In this document: positions 59,640 to 64,000 of the stretch, piece after piece
Position numbering within the stretch: position 1 is the first letter of the stretch
Layout of the letters: each line of letters starts with the position of its first letter
NCBI GenBank assembly: GCA_964016885.1
Contig: OZ024754.1
Location: 30,194,001-30,258,000, forward strand
From: Eledone cirrhosa
Lineage: Eukaryota
Length of the DNA stretch: 64,000 bases
Reading direction: 5' to 3'
Made by a program: the position numbers and the translations under genes
The notes under the pieces: model-generated
What the model was told of the DNA's origin: nothing
The model's input: only the letters and a program-made list of their open reading frames with translations
Databases searched by the model: none

Positions 59640-60520
59640 TCCATGGGAACTTCTCCATGCAGATGATCTGGTCCTTATAGCCAAATCCATAAAAGAACTA
59701 GAAAATAAGTTCTGACTATAGAAACAGAATTTAGAATCAAATGGTCTGAGTAAACTGCAGTAGCCAAAACTAGAGTGCTAGTGAATAGGAGAGAAGATAG
59801 GACCGTGATTCCTTCAGGGAAGTGGCCTTGCTCAATATGTAGACAGTAGGCATAAACTCCAAACAATGTACACAATGTAAATCTTAGGTACATAAGAGAT
59901 GTAGTGGGAGAACAGGTAGACTAACAGGAAGGGAAGACTTTGTATGTAGAAGATATACAGGGGTATTCAAGAAGAAGAGTGCCAGTGATATAAACCTTTT
60001 CAAGCCACAGGAAGGGTTCATAGAAGTCATTGATAGCTATCAAGGTGCCTTAATTAGCAGTGAGCATAATAGCTAGAATAAGGATAGAATGGAAAAAGAG
60101 CTACTCCCACTGTTGACCACAAAAGGACGACTATATGATGCCTGTGGGTGCAATTCTGCATGGTAGTGAAACATGGGTTGTGACTGCAGAGGACATGTGT
60201 AGAGAGAAATGTTGGATGTGCAATGTAAGCATGAGAGAAAGGTAGAGCTTGGACGAGTTGAGGGAGAAGCTGGGTTTAAGAGGAATCCGAGGTGGTGTGC
60301 ATGAGAAAAGACTATTGATATGGACATGTGATGAACATAGATGATGATGCTGGGTGAAGTGCCAGGAAATCTCAGTGGAAGGAAGCCGCAGTAGAGGTAG
60401 ACCAAGAAAGACCTGGGCACGAGGTAGACCAAGAAAGACCTGGGCACATGCCATGAAAGCTGACCTCAAATCACTGAGGCTCACATAAGAGATTACGAAG
60501 GAATACGATGAGTGGTGAGA
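59640..60520 (+). mobile_element. RTE-clade LINE 3' fragment, degenerate
   Basis: KTRVLV...SGKWPCSICR, HGSETW-like and GSRSRGRPRKTW segments, ATG-repeat tail. Related fragments at 44390-44550, 55020-55450 and 55690-55880. Confidence 0.75.
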
Positions 60521-60954
60521 AATGGACGTAAAAACGATGATGATGAGGATGATAATTTATTTGTTATAGACCTGACCCAGAATATTCTAAATATGTGAGA
60601 GAATGACAACCTTGTAATGCTGCCTGTTCTGATAATTTCCATCTTGAATGATTTCTGGCTTCAATAAACCATTTATTGATGTTGTTATACATTTCTATAT
60701 TTAACATCAAACAGAAGAAATATGGAGTAAAGAGGACTCTTTAGTCTGGCCAATCTTTCTAGCACTAGTGACAAGAAAAATCCACCCAGTACACCCTGTA
60801 AAGTGGTTTATGTTATAAGAGCCTCCAGCTGTTAGAAATCATAACAAATATGGAACATATGAGCAAGGTGAAGTCCCTCCAGCCTGTCCATCTTGGACTG
60901 TTGCAACCCATCCAGTCTATGCCAGCATAGAAAATATACATATATTGATATATA

Positions 60955-61151
60955 CGAGGTTTGGCTGAAGAGTTCATAGGCTCACCAAGATACTCTCATG
61001 GAATGACCATGTGAGGTTTATTTTTCAACATAGTCCCTAGAAAGAAACAATGTGGTTATTAATAAGAAGAGTTGAAATTAAGGCATGCAAGACTTCACAG
61101 CCCTAGCATCAACCCTTTGTAGTCACCTATGAACTTTTCAGCCCACCCGTG
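60955..61151. mobile_element. Mariner-type MITE
   Basis: TA-flanked TIRs GGCTGAAGAGTTCATAGG / CCTATGAACTTTTCAGCC. Confidence 0.65.
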
Positions 61152-61499
61152 TATGTGTATGCTTATAATATTGGCTTCTGCACAAATCCTGTCTATGAAA
61201 TTTCACTGACAAGCCATTGGTGAAACCAAGACTACAGTAGCAGACACTTGTTCAACATGCCATGCAGTGTGACTAAACCTGAAAATACATGGCATCAATG
61301 TGAACCCCTTAACCATACAGCTATACCCACACCTATATATATAATCATCGTCAGTGTTGTTTTAATGACTGCTTCCCATGCTAGCAATGGTTGAATGGGT
61401 CTACATAGACCATGTCAGTACTGAAGCTGGACTACTAACCTCCCAGGCTGGCTATGGGTCTGTTATCTGTTTGCTATTATACAATAAACATGGTGGCTA

Positions 61500-62460
61500 C
61501 TATCAAGACTATATAGGTTTTATATACAAGAAACATGTTAGGTACTAAATATATTATATATACAAGAAGTATGTTGGATACCATATAGACAAAAAAAATG
61601 TTGCATATAATATAGACATTATACACAAGAAAAAGGTTGGGTTCTATATAGACATTATACACAAGAAATATGTTGGGTGCTATATAAATGATGTACACAA
61701 GAAACATACTGGATGTTATACACAAGAATTATGTTGAGTACTATATAGACAATATACACAAGGTATGAGTTCAGTATATTATGCATAATGTGGTTAGTAT
61801 ATGGCTATAGCGTGTGGTTAGTATATGGCTATAGAATGTGGTTAGTATATGGCTATAGAATGTGGTTAGTATATGGCTATAGAATGTGGTTAGTATATGG
61901 CTATAGAATGTGGTTAGTATATGGCTATAGAATATGTCTATAGGACAAATCCAACAAGACAGATGGCTATAAGAAATATCTAACAAGACTGATATAGTAT
62001 ATGTCTATCAGATATAGTCAACAGGTCAGCTATAGTATATGTCTATCAGATATATTCAACAGGACAGCTATAGTATATGCCTATCAGATATAGTCAACAG
62101 GTCAGCTATAGTATATGTCTATCAGATATAGTAAACAAGTCATCTATAGTATATGTCTATCAGATATAGTCAACAGGTCAGCTATAGGTTATGGCTATGA
62201 GATATATTCAAAAGCAGCGGTCGCCAACCTTTCGGACCTCACAAACCACTAAATTTATAATTTTAAATCCCGTAGACCACTAATATGAATTTTTTTAAAT
62301 ACATTTAAATTTTTCTGCAGACCACCAAAATTTTCTCTCGGACCACCGGTTGGCGACTGCTGATCAAAAGGACAGCTATAGAATACGCCTATCAAATATA
62401 GTCATCAGAACAGCTATAGATTATGACTATCAGATATAGTGAACAGGACATCCATGGATT
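61500..62460. repeat. Compound minisatellite block (~36-bp, 24-bp and 38-bp units)
   Basis: AATGTGGTTAGTATATGGCTATAG x~6 (61787-61930), then CAGCTATAGTATATGTCTATCAGATATAGTCAACAGGT units. Confidence 0.85.
62215..62362. mobile_element. hAT (Charlie-like) MITE
   Basis: CAGCGGTCGCCAACC / GGTTGGCGACTGCTG TIRs. 8-bp TSD TTCAAAAG / ATCAAAAG (7/8 match). Confidence 0.8.
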
Positions 62461-64000
62461 ATGTCCAGCAAGAGAATGTGGCCACTCAAGGTCAGATTTG
62501 AGTGAGAAACTATATTTTGGCAGAAATGACCAAGTGTGAAAGTATCATCAATAGAAATAACAAGGATATGACTCAATGTTAAACATAAAAGAAAGTAATA
62601 CGCTCTTCAAGATAGAAGTTATGTTATGTTTTAACTCAACTGAAGTAGCTAGAGAAAACACTTGATAAAACCTAGTCATGCAAACACAGAGTACTTAACC
62701 TGATGTAGTAGTAGTGGTGTGGGGGGGGGGGGGGGGGGGTTGTGGTGGTGGTGGTAGTAGTAGTAGTAATAGTGGTGAAGGTGGCTGTAGTAGTAGTAGC
62801 AGTGGTTGTGGTAGTAGTAGTAGTAGTGGTGGTGTTGGTAGTAGTAGTTGTAGCAGCAACAGTGGTGATGGTAGCTGTGGTAGTAATAGTAGTAGCAACA
62901 GCTATGACACCCAATCAAGCCATATAGACAGAGTAAGTAAAGTACACTGCTGCTGCTCTGAGAGTAGAATGTGATTGCTGTAACATCTCTTTGAAATCCT
63001 CTTCTTTAGGTCAACTGAAATGTTTTTGATCTTTCAAACCCTTTTATTGTCGCATTTCTAATGTAATACACAATATTTCAATTGTTTAACCCTTTAGCAT
63101 TTACATTATTCTATAATTCCTATTGTATTTTCACAGTAAAGGCTTTACCTTACATAATTATCTCACATAATATCGAATATATGAGATTTCGATGTTATTT
63201 ATTTTGAGAACAATACCTTAGTGTAGGTATGAACGATCAGTTACAGCTGGTTTGAACAGAAATAGGTGAGAGTTTTGGCCGGATACGGCCAGTTTAAATA
63301 CTAAGGGGTTAACTCTTTCATTTCCACCTTTCGAATGTAATATACTGTATTTGTGGTGAGTGGAGATGCTGTGCTGAAGAGGATCCCCACCCCAACTCAT
63401 GCAAGTATGGAAAAACAATGATGATGTTGTTGACCATATTTCAATGAAATACACTGTATATGAAGAAACTAACCCATGCATGCCAAGGGAAAAGTATAAA
63501 CCATACAGCTTGGAACCAGTGTTATCACAATTCATATATACATTACTAGCAGAGTAGCCCATCATCTGTATCAGTGGGCTGCTCAACATTACCAGGCTGA
63601 GACCAATCACATCGGTTGTCAGGTCAAGAGTGCTTAAACTGTACAGCCAAAAGATCAACTTGTGGTGTGAGAAGGTTATGCCTAGAAGGAAATTTGGCTA
63701 GTAAGAGAAGCAGAGGTTGGCAACCAAATTTTATGGACTGGACTCGACTTTTGCTCTTTAAACTCTGCTATTGGTGATTGAACTTTGTGGGGAAAAATAT
63801 TCTATGTTGATGTGCAGTCTGCAACTGGCAGAGTTAGCGTCAAGAAAGAGAGCCCATCATTGTCGGACAATTTCCACCACAGAATACCTTTCTTTCATTT
63901 TTCTTTTTATTTCATGTCAGACCATGTCTCCCACGCCACAAGATGATTTCTATGGAAAGTGGACTGGAGCAACATGAAATAAAGTGTTTTGTTGAAGGAC

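Noticed and set aside
63218-63658. 146-aa minus-strand ORF
   Set aside because: Overlaps a MITE and a SINE-like tail; no recognisable domain.

Overview
AT-rich, microsatellite- and SINE-dense animal DNA. The repeat landscape and the Rho sequence suggest a mollusc, probably an octopus (inference). The one clear host gene is a minus-strand RhoA/Rho1 GTPase with an unusual layout. A single shared coding exon (aa 1-52, 43915-44070) can splice in phase to either of two tandem, intact 423-nt terminal exons (32440-32862 and 25337-25759). This gives two 192-aa RhoA isoforms that differ in the insert helix, alpha4 region, polybasic/CaaX tail and 3'UTR. The first 20 kb is a transposon graveyard: a GC-rich CRE-type LINE fragment, a mariner remnant, an internally deleted Helitron, MITEs and SINE arrays. 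It also holds a cluster of hammerhead-ribozyme motifs, including one canonical type I hammerhead enclosed by ~115-bp inverted repeats. Nearly all other ORFs in the track are microsatellite or repeat artefacts.
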